Assembly: GCA_035299725.1 (NCBI GenBank) | Contig: DATGWB010000004.1 | Location: forward strand, 1 to 55,849 | Length of the DNA: 55,849 bases | Reading direction: 5' to 3' | From: Thermoplasmata archaeon | Lineage (GTDB): Archaea > Thermoplasmatota > Thermoplasmata > RBG-16-68-12 | Shown here: piece by piece, positions 9,511 to 17,646 of the stretch | Layout of the letters: every line of letters starts with the position of its first letter | Position numbering within the stretch: the stretch's first letter is position 1 | Translations under genes and position numbers: made by a program | The notes under the pieces: generated by a model | Told to the model about the DNA's origin: nothing | The model's input: the letters and a program-made list of their open reading frames with translations, nothing else | Databases searched by the model: none

Positions 9511-9897
9511 TCAATTGGACGTGAGCTTGCGCCGGCCGAGCGCTTCCATGTACATGATCTCTTGACCGGAGGCCAGCTTTCCCTGGTACTCCTCCGTCAC
9601 GGCGAGCTCGAACGTCTGGTAGGTCTCGAGGTCCATCAGCTGCGCGACGTTCGCGTGGGTCGACAGAACCTGGGCTTTCCGCTTGTCAATGATCGGGACC
9701 CGGACCTTGTGCGTCACGGGATGGACGATCGAGCGTTTCTGGCCGTCGAACAGGCCGACCGCCTCGAGCCTCGCCTTCGCTTCGCCGTGTTTCCCGGGCT
9801 TCGACGTCTGGATCGAGATGATCCGGCACGGTTCATCGTCGATGACGATGTACCGATTCACCTTCAGCTCGCGGATCTCCGCTTGCTCCCATGACAT
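9511..9897 (-). CDS. eif5a: translation initiation factor 5A (aIF5A)
   Basis: The hypusine loop SKPGKHG(E)AK is present, with an N-terminal SH3-like and a C-terminal OB-like part. Length is 128 aa. Confidence 0.95.
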   Translation of the reverse strand: MSWEQAEIRELKVNRYIVIDDEPCRIISIQTSKPGKHGEAKARLEAVGLFDGQKRSIVHPVTHKVRVPIIDKRKAQVLSTHANVAQLMDLETYQTFELAVTEEYQGKLASGQEIMYMEALGRRKLTSN

Positions 9898-9939
9898 CGG
9901 ATTCGCGCAGCGATGTGGCCGGTCCCTAAAAACGTTTCC

Positions 9940-11010
9940 TCAGCGTCGCGTTCGTTTTCCGTCGCGACGTTTTCTCGGCGTCGTGTCACGCTTCGTCCGC
10001 GTCGGTTTGTCCGCTTTGCGGCGATGAATTTCTTCGATCGTGCGTTCGAGGTCCGTCAGGAGATCGGGCCCGATCGTGCGCTTCGTGTACGCGTCGGCTC
10101 GGGCCGCGAGAGAGATCTTCGCGGCGAACGCGCGCGCGATCGCGCCTCGCTGCCACGGTGGCGCGCCGTGGACCCAGGGATGTTGGAAGAGCACCCCATG
10201 TTTCGGCGGCCGGGATCCGGTCCGCAGATGGCGAAACAAGGCGCGCTCCGCACCGAGGAGCTGGACCGTCCCGGAGGGCGCCCGCGCGAGGTCCTCGATG
10301 CCACCCGCGAGGGAGACGAGCCGGGCCGCGAGGATCGGACCCGCGATGGCGGAGACGTTCGGTGCGAGTTCACGGGCCGATCGCTCCACGTACGCTTCCA
10401 TCGCTTTCCTTTGATCTCCGACGAGCTTCGCGAGGCCGGCGAGGGCCTTCAGCTCGGCTTCCTCCCGCTCCGCGAGTTCCGCTCCGATGCTCTCGCGATG
10501 ATCGATTGGCATCTGTTCTCGTCGCCCGTGCATCGCCACGAGCTCGACGTATGTCCCGGTATCGACCATGGGGGCGAGCTCGGGGAAGTGGAGCCCGTAC
10601 CACTCTCGAAGCCGTTCGACGAGGACATTCTCTTCTTCCTGCAGCTCGTCGAGGGCGCCGACGGCCTGGCGGAGATGGTCTTCCGGCCCGATCGCCTTGC
10701 GCATCCGTCGTTTCGCCAGCTCGACCATGGCGGCGTGCAGGAGGTCGCGGCCGTAGCCGAAGTCCTCGGGCTTGAGGAACGGCGGGCGCACCGTGGTGCG
10801 GTTGCCACCCGCTCGCTCGAGCCGCGTCTCGATCACGAAGACCTCGTCCACGCGAGACATCAGGTCGCGCTCCTCCGCCAGGACTTTCCAGTCCTCCACG
10901 AGCGCGAGACGGTCCGCGAGCGCGCCCGGTTCCATCGGGAACAGTCGCTTCTCCACGACGGTGCCGTCATCGAGCAAGAACGAGCCGAACCAAGTCGTCA
11001 CGAGGAGCAT
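9940..11010 (-). CDS. C/D box sRNP core protein Nop5 (Nop56/58 family)
   Basis: The NOSIC/Nop domain is recognisable (LAPNVSAIAGPILAARLVSLAGGIEDLARAPSGTVQLLGAEKALFRHL-type sequence) and there is a basic C-terminal tail. The start is the internal ATG at 11008-11010 (MLLVTTWFG). The upstream part of the 523-aa track ORF overlaps the neighbouring isomerase gene. Confidence 0.9.
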   Translation of the reverse strand: MLLVTTWFGSFLLDDGTVVEKRLFPMEPGALADRLALVEDWKVLAEERDLMSRVDEVFVIETRLERAGGNRTTVRPPFLKPEDFGYGRDLLHAAMVELAKRRMRKAIGPEDHLRQAVGALDELQEEENVLVERLREWYGLHFPELAPMVDTGTYVELVAMHGRREQMPIDHRESIGAELAEREEAELKALAGLAKLVGDQRKAMEAYVERSARELAPNVSAIAGPILAARLVSLAGGIEDLARAPSGTVQLLGAERALFRHLRTGSRPPKHGVLFQHPWVHGAPPWQRGAIARAFAAKISLAARADAYTKRTIGPDLLTDLERTIEEIHRRKADKPTRTKRDTTPRKRRDGKRTRR

Positions 11011-11051
11011 CGCGCGGGGCGAAACGGGTCGGTCCGTAAAAGCGTATCCGC

Positions 11052-12089
11052 CTACCGAGACTTGGCGCGCGCTTTTTTCTTCGGTGCGGCGCGCCCGGAC
11101 GCGCGGAGCTGGGAGGGCTTCAGGATTCCCCGCTCCGTGATGATCCCGGTGATGTACTTGGCCGGCGTGACGTCGAAGGATGGATTGCGCGCCGGGCTTT
11201 CCTTCGGCGCGATGAGTTGACCGTCGAGATGGAGGACCTCCTGCGGCGATCGCTCCTCGATGGGGATCTTGTCCCCGGATGCCAGGCCCATGTCGATCGT
11301 GCTGGTCGGCGCGGCGACGTAGAATGGGACGCCGTTCTCCTTTGCGACGACGGCCTTCGCGTACGTGCCGATCTTGTTCGCGGTGTCTCCGTTCGCCGCG
11401 ATCCGGTCCGCCCCCACGAGGACGAGGTCGATCTCGCCGTGCCCCAAGAAGTGGCCGGCGGCGCCATCCGTGATGATCGCGTGCTCGATCCCGGCCTGCA
11501 GGAGCTCCCACGCGGTCAGCCGCGCTCCCTGGAGGCGGGGCCGGGTTTCATCCACGTAGACGAAGAAGCGTCGCCCTTTCTCCTGGGCCACGCGCATCGG
11601 CGCCGTCGCGGTCCCGTAATCCACCGCCGCGAGCGCGCCGGCGTTACAGTGGGTCAGGATTCGTGCTCCGTTCCGGATCAGCCCCGCGCCGTACTCGCCG
11701 ATCTTTCGGCACTGTTCGATGCTCTGCTGCGCGTATCGCTCGGCGACCTCGACGAGGTCCTCTCCGTGGGACGCCGCGCTCGTCATCCAGTCGATCGCGA
11801 AGAAGAGGTCGTGTCCCGTCGGTCTCGTCTTGCGGAGTCGCTCCGCCGCCGCCTTCAGGTCGAGTCCTTGATGGGCCGCCTGGGCCATCCCGTACGCGGC
11901 CGTAGCCCCGATGGCCGGCGATCCGCGCACGACCATGTCTTCGATCGCGACGGCCACGTCCTCATAGGTCTTCGCCTCGTACACGCGGACCTCGAACGGC
12001 AGGTAGCGTTGGTCGATCAGCTTCACGATTCCGTCTTCGAACCAGACGGTTCGCATCTCCCGGGGGACGCCGTCGATTGTGACGCGCAC
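11052..12089 (-). CDS. eIF-2B alpha/beta/delta-like isomerase (S-methyl-5-thioribose-1-phosphate / ribose-1,5-bisphosphate isomerase family)
   Basis: VRGSPAIGATAAYG, CNAGALA, ETRP.LQGARLTAWEL and GADRIAANGDTANKIGTY are present. The exact substrate cannot be decided from sequence alone. Confidence 0.85.
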   Translation of the reverse strand: MRVTIDGVPREMRTVWFEDGIVKLIDQRYLPFEVRVYEAKTYEDVAVAIEDMVVRGSPAIGATAAYGMAQAAHQGLDLKAAAERLRKTRPTGHDLFFAIDWMTSAASHGEDLVEVAERYAQQSIEQCRKIGEYGAGLIRNGARILTHCNAGALAAVDYGTATAPMRVAQEKGRRFFVYVDETRPRLQGARLTAWELLQAGIEHAIITDGAAGHFLGHGEIDLVLVGADRIAANGDTANKIGTYAKAVVAKENGVPFYVAAPTSTIDMGLASGDKIPIEERSPQEVLHLDGQLIAPKESPARNPSFDVTPAKYITGIITERGILKPSQLRASGRAAPKKKARAKSR

Positions 12090-12099
12090 GGAATGGCTC

Positions 12100-12336
12100 C
12101 TATGGCCGCCGCAGGGAGGAGAGAAGGCTGGAAAGCCCTGGCCGGCCGAGCTCGCGCTTCATGTCCCGCGTGAGGGAGTCGTAGTACGTGAGCTGCTGCT
12201 CGACTTTCACGAGCTCATCGTCCAAGCGGTGGCGTTCTTCGTCGACGTTCCGCATTGCCTCGAGGAGGCGCTTCTCGCGATGCCGCCACCGTTCGGCTTC
12301 CTTGCGGGTTGCCTCCAACGCCCGAGTCACTGTCAC
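12100..12336 (-). CDS. small coiled-coil protein (paralog of the upstream ORF), unknown function
   Basis: 78 codons from GTG 12334-12336, which overlaps the stop of the upstream ORF (GTGA). Heptad-like charged sequence ALEATRKEAERWRHREKRLLEAM...ELVKVEQQLTYYDSL. It ends 10 nt before the isomerase gene. Confidence 0.5.
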   Translation of the reverse strand: MTVTRALEATRKEAERWRHREKRLLEAMRNVDEERHRLDDELVKVEQQLTYYDSLTRDMKRELGRPGLSSLLSSLRRP

Positions 12337-12560
12337 CGCCCCGGGGCGCTGGGAGGGAGGACGGCCCGCGTGGGCATGCGGTCCTGCAGGTCCGTCAGCA
12401 GGCGGTTGTATTCGAGGACCTTCTTGCGCACCCCTTCGAGCTCCTTGCGGAGGGTGTTCCGCCTTCGCTCGAGTTGTCGGAGTCGGTCGCGGATCCGCTT
12501 TCGGCGCTCCCGCCACTTCTTCTGTTCTTCCAGGGCTAGGAGCACACTCGAGGCGTCCAT
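12333..12560 (-). CDS. small coiled-coil protein, unknown function
   Basis: 75-aa ORF: ALEEQKKWRERRKRIRDRLRQLERRRNTLRKELEGVRKKVLEYNRLLTDL. The sequence is similar in pattern to the downstream ORF. Confidence 0.5.
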   Translation of the reverse strand: MDASSVLLALEEQKKWRERRKRIRDRLRQLERRRNTLRKELEGVRKKVLEYNRLLTDLQDRMPTRAVLPPSAPGR

Positions 12561-12607
12561 CGGGCCTCCGTCCCACGGGGTCCAGACTATTTAATCGTGA
12601 TGTGCGC

Positions 12608-12940
12608 TCACGCTTCTTCCTTCACTTGCGCGCCGGGCAGGACGTATTTGAAGAGGTCGAACAGGTTCATCGCTTGGTTCACGAGGTCCCGCGCGATCCC
12701 CTCGCCCGCGTCGATGCCGAACACGAGCTCCATGTTGTCGATCTTCCAGACGCTGACGAAACTCGCGACGGTCCGGTGCGTCGCGGCCTCAGTCACGCGA
12801 ACTTTGCCGATCAGGTTCTCACCTTCCCGGGTCGTCGAGAGGGCGAGCACGTAGCCACGGCCCTCAAGCTGCTTCTTCGCGATTGTCGTCATCTCGGACT
12901 TTTCTTCCTTTGCCATCGAGAGCGCCTCCCAGCGGCCCAA
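12608..12940 (-). CDS. hypothetical protein
   Basis: 110-aa ORF with balanced composition and genome-typical codon bias. There is an alternative start at MAKEEK (12916). I recognise no motif. Confidence 0.55.
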   Translation of the reverse strand: MGRWEALSMAKEEKSEMTTIAKKQLEGRGYVLALSTTREGENLIGKVRVTEAATHRTVASFVSVWKIDNMELVFGIDAGEGIARDLVNQAMNLFDLFKYVLPGAQVKEEA

Positions 12941-13036
12941 TCCGGTCAGCGGTAATAAAAGCTCTGCGCGCCGTCGTGGACAATCGAGCGTTCTTCGATG
13001 GAGATTTATACCGTGCGGGCCTTTGCGCGCTCCCGC

Positions 13037-13109
13037 GGGCTCGTGGTCTAGCGGTTATGACATCGCTCTCACACAGCGAAGGTCACCGGTTCGAATCCGG
13101 TCGAGCCCA
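13037..13109 (+). tRNA. tRNA-Val (anticodon CAC)
   Basis: Hand-folded: acceptor GGGCTCG/CGAGCCC, anticodon stem TCGCT/AGCGA, loop CTCACAC, T-arm ACCGG-TTCGAAT-CCGGT, discriminator A. 73 nt. Confidence 0.9.
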
Positions 13110-13149
13110 CTCCTTTCGCCGTCGGTGACCATCTCCGATCGCCGGAGGC

Positions 13150-14538
13150 TTAGGTCGCCTCGAGAGGCGGGCCCGCTTCCGATCCAAACGACTTTCGTGC
13201 CACGAGGTAGAGATATGGAATCTGCGACAGCGATCCCACAACCGTGGCGGCCGCCAACCCGGTGATTCCGCCCCACTTCAGGAGGACGTACCCGAGGCCA
13301 AGCGTCACGCTGCTCGAGATGATGGCGGAGACGATCAGTGGCCGCGTCTGCTTCCGGACCAGGACGCGAGTGCCGAGAAGGCTGTTCAACAGCCCCGTGA
13401 TCGAGCCGAAGATGAGAATGCGGAGTGGCCCAATCGATCCTTCGACATACGCCGAATTGGTCCCCGCAAAGAGGCCCAGGATGGACCGGCCGAAGAACCA
13501 CAGGATGGCGATGGCGGGAAGCAGGATGGCGAGCGTCAGGATGATCGCGTGTCGTTCTGCAATGTGGCGGCCCGCCGAGGTGGCGCCGTTCTGGGATGCC
13601 TCCGCATAAAACGACGCAAAGGCGGCACCCGGGATTACGCCTAGGAGTGCCGCCAGGACCGTCGCGATCTGAAAGTATCCTGCCTGGATCGGAGCGGCGG
13701 TCCTCCCGAGCACCGCGAAGATGAGCGGAATCAGCAGCAGGCTGTCCGCGGCCCCGATCGTGGCCGCAAGATAGTTGGCCGTGCTGAACCGGACCATCGG
13801 GCGGATGTGCGACAGGTCGAGGCTCGGCTTGGGCCGATACCCGGGCAACACCCGGGGCAGGAGGATCCCGCCCTCGACTGCGACGGCGATGCCAACTGGG
13901 AGCGAGATAGCGACGAAGATATCGAGACGGCCGCCCGTCACGGCGAAGAAGACCAGCAGCAGGGCGATCGGTATCTTGAGGACCGAGGCGAGGACGATCC
14001 GCCAGAGAATGAGATCCGCGCGGCGAATCGCGAGGCCCGATTGATCCAGGACCGGAGCGAAGGTGAGCGAAAGCGTCGTCAGGAGGATGAGGACCCAGTA
14101 GACCGGGCTGCTCAGAATGAAGTCGAGCGAAGGTAGCCAGAATTCGATCCCCGCCATCAGGACGATGGTGAGGGGGATGGCGACAAGTCCCGTCAAGGTC
14201 AAGCAGGTGTTGATGGTCGCCGCCTTGTCCTCGGCGGACGGCAGGAACCGCACGAGGGCCGGACCGAGGCCGAGGAGGGCGAGCGTCGCGAGGAATGATA
14301 TTGTGTTGAAAACCCCTTGCGCGTACCCGAGATCGCTGACGGAATAGAAGCGCACGATGATGAAATAGAAGACAAACCCCGACGCCGCGCCGACGACACT
14401 CGAAGACATGATGAAGATCGCGTTGCGGTAGAGCGGGGCGGTCGCGAGGCCCCAGCCCTGGTTCAGGAGTTGTTGCACCCGCTCCCGAATCTCCTCCATA
14501 TTCAGCCTCTCGATGAGCCTTCGCGAGGCGAGAGCCAC
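13150..14538 (-). CDS. polysaccharide/oligosaccharide flippase (MOP/Wzx-like membrane protein)
   Basis: About 12-14 TM ORF of 462 aa with N-terminal RNAIF..SS.V......F..I.R..S..D.GY and overall Polysacc_synt-like architecture. The start is uncertain (alternative ATG at 14499). Confidence 0.7.
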   Translation of the reverse strand: MALASRRLIERLNMEEIRERVQQLLNQGWGLATAPLYRNAIFIMSSSVVGAASGFVFYFIIVRFYSVSDLGYAQGVFNTISFLATLALLGLGPALVRFLPSAEDKAATINTCLTLTGLVAIPLTIVLMAGIEFWLPSLDFILSSPVYWVLILLTTLSLTFAPVLDQSGLAIRRADLILWRIVLASVLKIPIALLLVFFAVTGGRLDIFVAISLPVGIAVAVEGGILLPRVLPGYRPKPSLDLSHIRPMVRFSTANYLAATIGAADSLLLIPLIFAVLGRTAAPIQAGYFQIATVLAALLGVIPGAAFASFYAEASQNGATSAGRHIAERHAIILTLAILLPAIAILWFFGRSILGLFAGTNSAYVEGSIGPLRILIFGSITGLLNSLLGTRVLVRKQTRPLIVSAIISSSVTLGLGYVLLKWGGITGLAAATVVGSLSQIPYLYLVARKSFGSEAGPPLEAT

Positions 14539-14619
14539 TCGACGGATAAACCCGCGGAACCTACGACGGATGGATCCGGATTGGACCGGACTCGGGAGGC
14601 CGCTTCGGGGTGGCCGCGA

Positions 14620-14928
14620 TCAAGGATGCGCCGAGGTCGCCGTGAGCGCGGCGACGAGGACAGCCACCAAGGCGAGTCCCCCGAGAGGAATCAGTGCGAT
14701 CCACCGAGGCTCGTACCTCAGGTGCATGTAGTACGCCACAACGAGGCTCGCCTTGACTGTCGCGAGCACGACGAGGATCGTGATCGTCTCGAGGTGCGGG
14801 ATCCCTAGGCTGTAGACGTTCAGTTCCGCGAAGGTCACGATGGCGAGGATCGCGAAGACGACCACGTAGGGACGCTTCCTCGATTCCTCGTGGGGTCCCG
14901 CCGTCTCCGTTGCGGTCGCCGTCGCCAT
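14620..14928 (-). CDS. cytochrome c oxidase subunit IV-like small membrane protein
   Basis: 102 aa with three TM helices. The KASLVVAYYMHL motif is typical of prokaryotic COX4/caa3 subunit IV family proteins. It lies 9 nt downstream of subunit III. Confidence 0.65.
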   Translation of the reverse strand: MATATATETAGPHEESRKRPYVVVFAILAIVTFAELNVYSLGIPHLETITILVVLATVKASLVVAYYMHLRYEPRWIALIPLGGLALVAVLVAALTATSAHP

Positions 14929-14936
14929 CTTTCACC

Positions 14937-15767
14937 TCAAATCAAGTACACGATCGTGAAGAGGAAGATCCAGACCACGTCCACGAAGTGCCAGTACAGT
15001 CCCACGAGTTCGACCGCTTCGTGATTCTCTTTCGTGAATCCGCCCTTGAACGCCTTCCGGGTGATGTACGCCATGGCGAGCACCCCCGCGGTCACGTGGG
15101 ATCCATGCACGCCGGTCTGCGCGAAGAACGTCGGACCGTAGAGCGGATTCACCCCGAACGGGGAGCTCTTGAACGTCAGGCCTTCGCCGAAGTACAGATG
15201 CTGGTACTCGAACGCCTGGATGCTGAGGAACGTGATGCCCAGGAGCAGCGTGCTAAAGAGGAAAATCCGGAGCTTTCGTTGATCGCCCCGCTCGACGGCG
15301 GCGAGGGCCTCGACCATCGTGAGGCTGCTGCAGATCAGGATGAACGTGTTCAGTCCGGTCAGGGGCACGTTCAGGATCTCGCCGGGCAAGGCCCACGGTC
15401 CTTGGAAGGCGGCGCCCGGTGTCGTCGTCCGGAGTCGCAATGTCCAGGAGGCTCCGATGATCGCAGAGAAGAACATGATCTCGGTCGCGAGGAACAGCCA
15501 GATCCCGAGCTTCCGGGCACTCACCTGCGGGAGCCTCGACTCAACGGCGGCGGCGAGTCCGTAGAACGCGCTCGACGGCCGTTGCATGTCCTGATGAATC
15601 CATCCGCCCGCGCCTCCACCGAAGATGACGACACCGGCGAGGAGCATCGGAATGCTCGGCGTCACGATTCCGACGTACCCCACGCCCATGCCCACCGCGA
15701 TGATGAAGGGCCACGGGCTGCCGTGGTGCTCCTCCTCTTCATGGCCCGCGGGCTCCGGGTGCGCCAT
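14937..15767 (-). CDS. heme-copper oxidase subunit III
   Basis: WLFLATEIMFF, HGSHVTAGV and GLYWHFVDVVWIFLF are present. The start is set at ATG 15765-15767 (MAHPEP); the track ORF extends to 15833. Confidence 0.85.
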   Translation of the reverse strand: MAHPEPAGHEEEEHHGSPWPFIIAVGMGVGYVGIVTPSIPMLLAGVVIFGGGAGGWIHQDMQRPSSAFYGLAAAVESRLPQVSARKLGIWLFLATEIMFFSAIIGASWTLRLRTTTPGAAFQGPWALPGEILNVPLTGLNTFILICSSLTMVEALAAVERGDQRKLRIFLFSTLLLGITFLSIQAFEYQHLYFGEGLTFKSSPFGVNPLYGPTFFAQTGVHGSHVTAGVLAMAYITRKAFKGGFTKENHEAVELVGLYWHFVDVVWIFLFTIVYLI

Positions 15768-15833
15768 CGATTGCTCGGACCGGCGCAGTGCATCCTTCAG
15801 GCTGCTATAACATCTTCGGTTTTTCCGCGCCAA

Positions 15834-16121
15834 CTAGTTCGGGCGGAAGACCCACGGGTCGTGGGCGAGACTGAGAAAGAGGTCGCGGGACTTCGACCAT
15901 TCGATGAGCCAGTTCGGGACGGGAATCCGTGGCCCTTCGGGCCGAAATCGCATGATGATGACGTGACCCGCGGGTGGGATAAAGGCATCGACGTTCGTGC
16001 TGATTTCAATTCTCGGCACGTAGAACGCACCCCGCCGGGGACGTGATAATTGAGTGACGTCCGCGCGCGATTGAAGTCTTCCACCGATGACGTTGCATGC
16101 TGCGAGTCCGCCGGCATCCAC
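15834..16121 (-). CDS. hypothetical protein (weak call)
   Basis: The C-terminal 65 or so codons (FYVPRIEISTNVDAFIPPAGHVIIMRFRPEGPRIPVPNWLIEWSK...) have coding-like G/C-rich third positions. A possible GTG start lies at 16119-16121. No recognisable family. Confidence 0.3.
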   Translation of the reverse strand: MDAGGLAACNVIGGRLQSRADVTQLSRPRRGAFYVPRIEISTNVDAFIPPAGHVIIMRFRPEGPRIPVPNWLIEWSKSRDLFLSLAHDPWVFRPN

Positions 16122-16192
16122 ACGACGAAACTGCTTATAGCCGGGCTCCGGATGAGGAGCCCTGCCGGTTTCCGATGCCCACCGTACGACAC

Positions 16193-16981
16193 ATGAAAGC
16201 AAAGCTCGCCCTGATGGGAGAGGGCGGTGTCGGGAAGACCTCTCTGATTCGACGCTTCGTTCTGAACGAATACCAGGACACGTATCTCCACACCGTCGGG
16301 ACCCGGGTCAGCAAAGTCGAGCTGACCGTCCCGCACGGCGCGGACACCGAGGTCCAGATGGACATGTCGATCTTCGACATCATGGGCCAGCGTGGGTTCA
16401 AAGATCTCGTCCGGGAGACCTACTACCATGGCGCCCAGGGTCTGATGGGGGTGTGCGATCTCACGCGGAAGGACAGCCTCTACGCGCTCAACGAGTGGAT
16501 TCCCTCCGCGCTCGAAATCGCGGGCGACGTGCCGGTGTACCTCATCGTGAACAAGCGAGACCTCGAGGAACGGCGTGCAATCTCCGAGGATGAGGTGCGG
16601 CATGTCGCAGAAGCGTTCGCCGCCCCGATCGTCTATACCTCGGCGCGGACGGGGATCCTCGTCGACGACGCCTTCAACGCGTTGGCGATCGAGATGGTCG
16701 ACCGCGCGTTCCGCCAGGAGGCGGCCCGGGCCGTGGGGCGGGGCCTCCGGGACAAGGTCCTCTTGCTCCTGGACAAGCGCGGTTCGATCGGGCTGAAGAA
16801 GAGTCAGTTCTTCGAGATTCTCCGGGGTGTGAACTTGGACGATCTCCAGAGCGAGCTCGGCCGCCTCGAAGGCGAAGGTCTCGTGACCCTGCTGTGGCAC
16901 GGCGCCTCCGACTTCACCGCGGTGATCACCCCGCGCGGGACCGCGGCGACGAAGCGAGAGTCGACCTGGGACGAGGAATGA
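16193..16981 (+). CDS. Ras/Rab-like small GTPase with C-terminal winged-helix-like domain
   Basis: G1 GEGGVGKT, switch-I Thr (HTVGT), G3 DIMGQ, G4 NKRD and G5 SAR are present. About 90 extra C-terminal residues follow, with the pattern KVLLLLDKRGSIGLKKSQFFEIL....LDDLQSELGRLEGEGLVTL. The start is at ATG 16193. Confidence 0.85.
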   Translation: MKAKLALMGEGGVGKTSLIRRFVLNEYQDTYLHTVGTRVSKVELTVPHGADTEVQMDMSIFDIMGQRGFKDLVRETYYHGAQGLMGVCDLTRKDSLYALNEWIPSALEIAGDVPVYLIVNKRDLEERRAISEDEVRHVAEAFAAPIVYTSARTGILVDDAFNALAIEMVDRAFRQEAARAVGRGLRDKVLLLLDKRGSIGLKKSQFFEILRGVNLDDLQSELGRLEGEGLVTLLWHGASDFTAVITPRGTAATKRESTWDEE

Positions 16982-17608
16982 GTTCCCCGACGGGGTGAGG
17001 CGACGAAGAAGGTCCGACTCGAGAAGATCCTGGAGTCCCTGGACCCGCTGCCCCATCCGGCGGCGGCCGCGGAGCAGTATCCGACGCCCGCCGGCATCGC
17101 CGCCGAGGTCGCTTACCTCGCTTCGGCGCGGGGTGACGTCGAGGGCCGGTCGGCGGCGGACCTCGGGTGCGGGAACGGCGTGCTCGCGATCGCCGCGAAG
17201 CTTCTCGGCGCCGGTCGGGTGATGGGTTTGGACTCGGATCCGACGGCGGTCGAAGCCGCACGGCGGAACGCGGAACGCGCGCGCGTCGACGTCGAGTGGC
17301 GTCTCGAGGATGTCCGATCCGTCCGCGAGCACTTCGAGACGATCTTCATGAATCCGCCCTTCGGCTCTCAACGTCGGCATGCGGACCGTCCGTTCTTCGA
17401 TACCGCGCTCGCGTGGGGCCATGTCGTCTACGCTTTCTTGAATGCGAGGGCGGAAGGATATGTCCGTCGGCGCATCGAGTCTGGTTCCGGGAAAATCACC
17501 GACCGGCTGCCGTACGCCTTTCCGATTCCGCACAGCTTCGAGTTCCACCGCGAGGAGGTTCGGCGGATTGACGTCGTCCTCTACCGATTCGAAGTGGCGA
17601 AGGGATAA
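16982..17608 (+). CDS. METTL5-like (N6-adenine-type, NPPF) RNA methyltransferase; start codon unresolved
   Basis: The frame encodes ...EQYPTP...[13 protein letters not shown] (motif I)...GLDSD...FMNPPFG (motif IV). The conserved frame is open back to the GTPase stop, but the first ATG/GTG/TTG in it is GTG 17180, inside motif I (see finding). Confidence 0.75.
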   Translation, partial: VPRRGEATKKVRLEKILESLDPLPHPAAAAEQYPTPAGIAAEVAYLASARGDVEGRSAADLGCGNGVLAIAAKLLGAGRVMGLDSDPTAVEAARRNAERARVDVEWRLEDVRSVREHFETIFMNPPFGSQRRHADRPFFDTALAWGHVVYAFLNARAEGYVRRRIESGSGKITDRLPYAFPIPHSFEFHREEVRRIDVVLYRFEVAKG

Positions 17609-17646
17609 ATACCGACGGGCCTACTCCGTCCGGCCCGAAGGAGTGG

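Noticed and set aside
9940-11511. N-terminal extensions given by the ORF track: Nop5 523 aa, phosphoesterase 413 aa (638-1879), archaemetzincin 270 aa (6298-7110), PPDK from 26244.
   Set aside because: The extensions overlap upstream genes, are Arg/Pro/Gly-rich, and are followed by internal ATGs that coincide with the conserved family N-termini.
186-13109. Integrated element or genomic island next to the tRNA-Val genes or tRNA-Cys.
   Set aside because: No integrase, transposase or direct repeat of a tRNA 3' end was seen. There is also no compositional shift flanking any of the three tRNAs.
16979-16981. TGA read-through (or recoding) that would fuse the GTPase to the in-frame methyltransferase.
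   Set aside because: The shared frame has a 1-in-3 chance of occurring by accident. No SECIS-like element is evident. The overlapping ATGA start with an adjacent homopolymer gives a simpler explanation. It is mentioned in the finding but not favoured.
15797-17548. Very long antisense ORFs. Examples: 15797-17548 (-) 583 aa, 1435-2949 (+) 504 aa, 22031-23875 (+) 614 aa, 27231-29276 (-) 681 aa, 51619-53277 (-) 552 aa, 53725-55473 (-) 582 aa, 47100-48479 (+) 459 aa.
   Set aside because: Each lies opposite or out of frame to a gene with clear family motifs. Their translations are Arg/Asp/His/Pro/Gly-rich low-complexity strings with no motifs. Stop-poor shadow frames are expected in GC-rich DNA.
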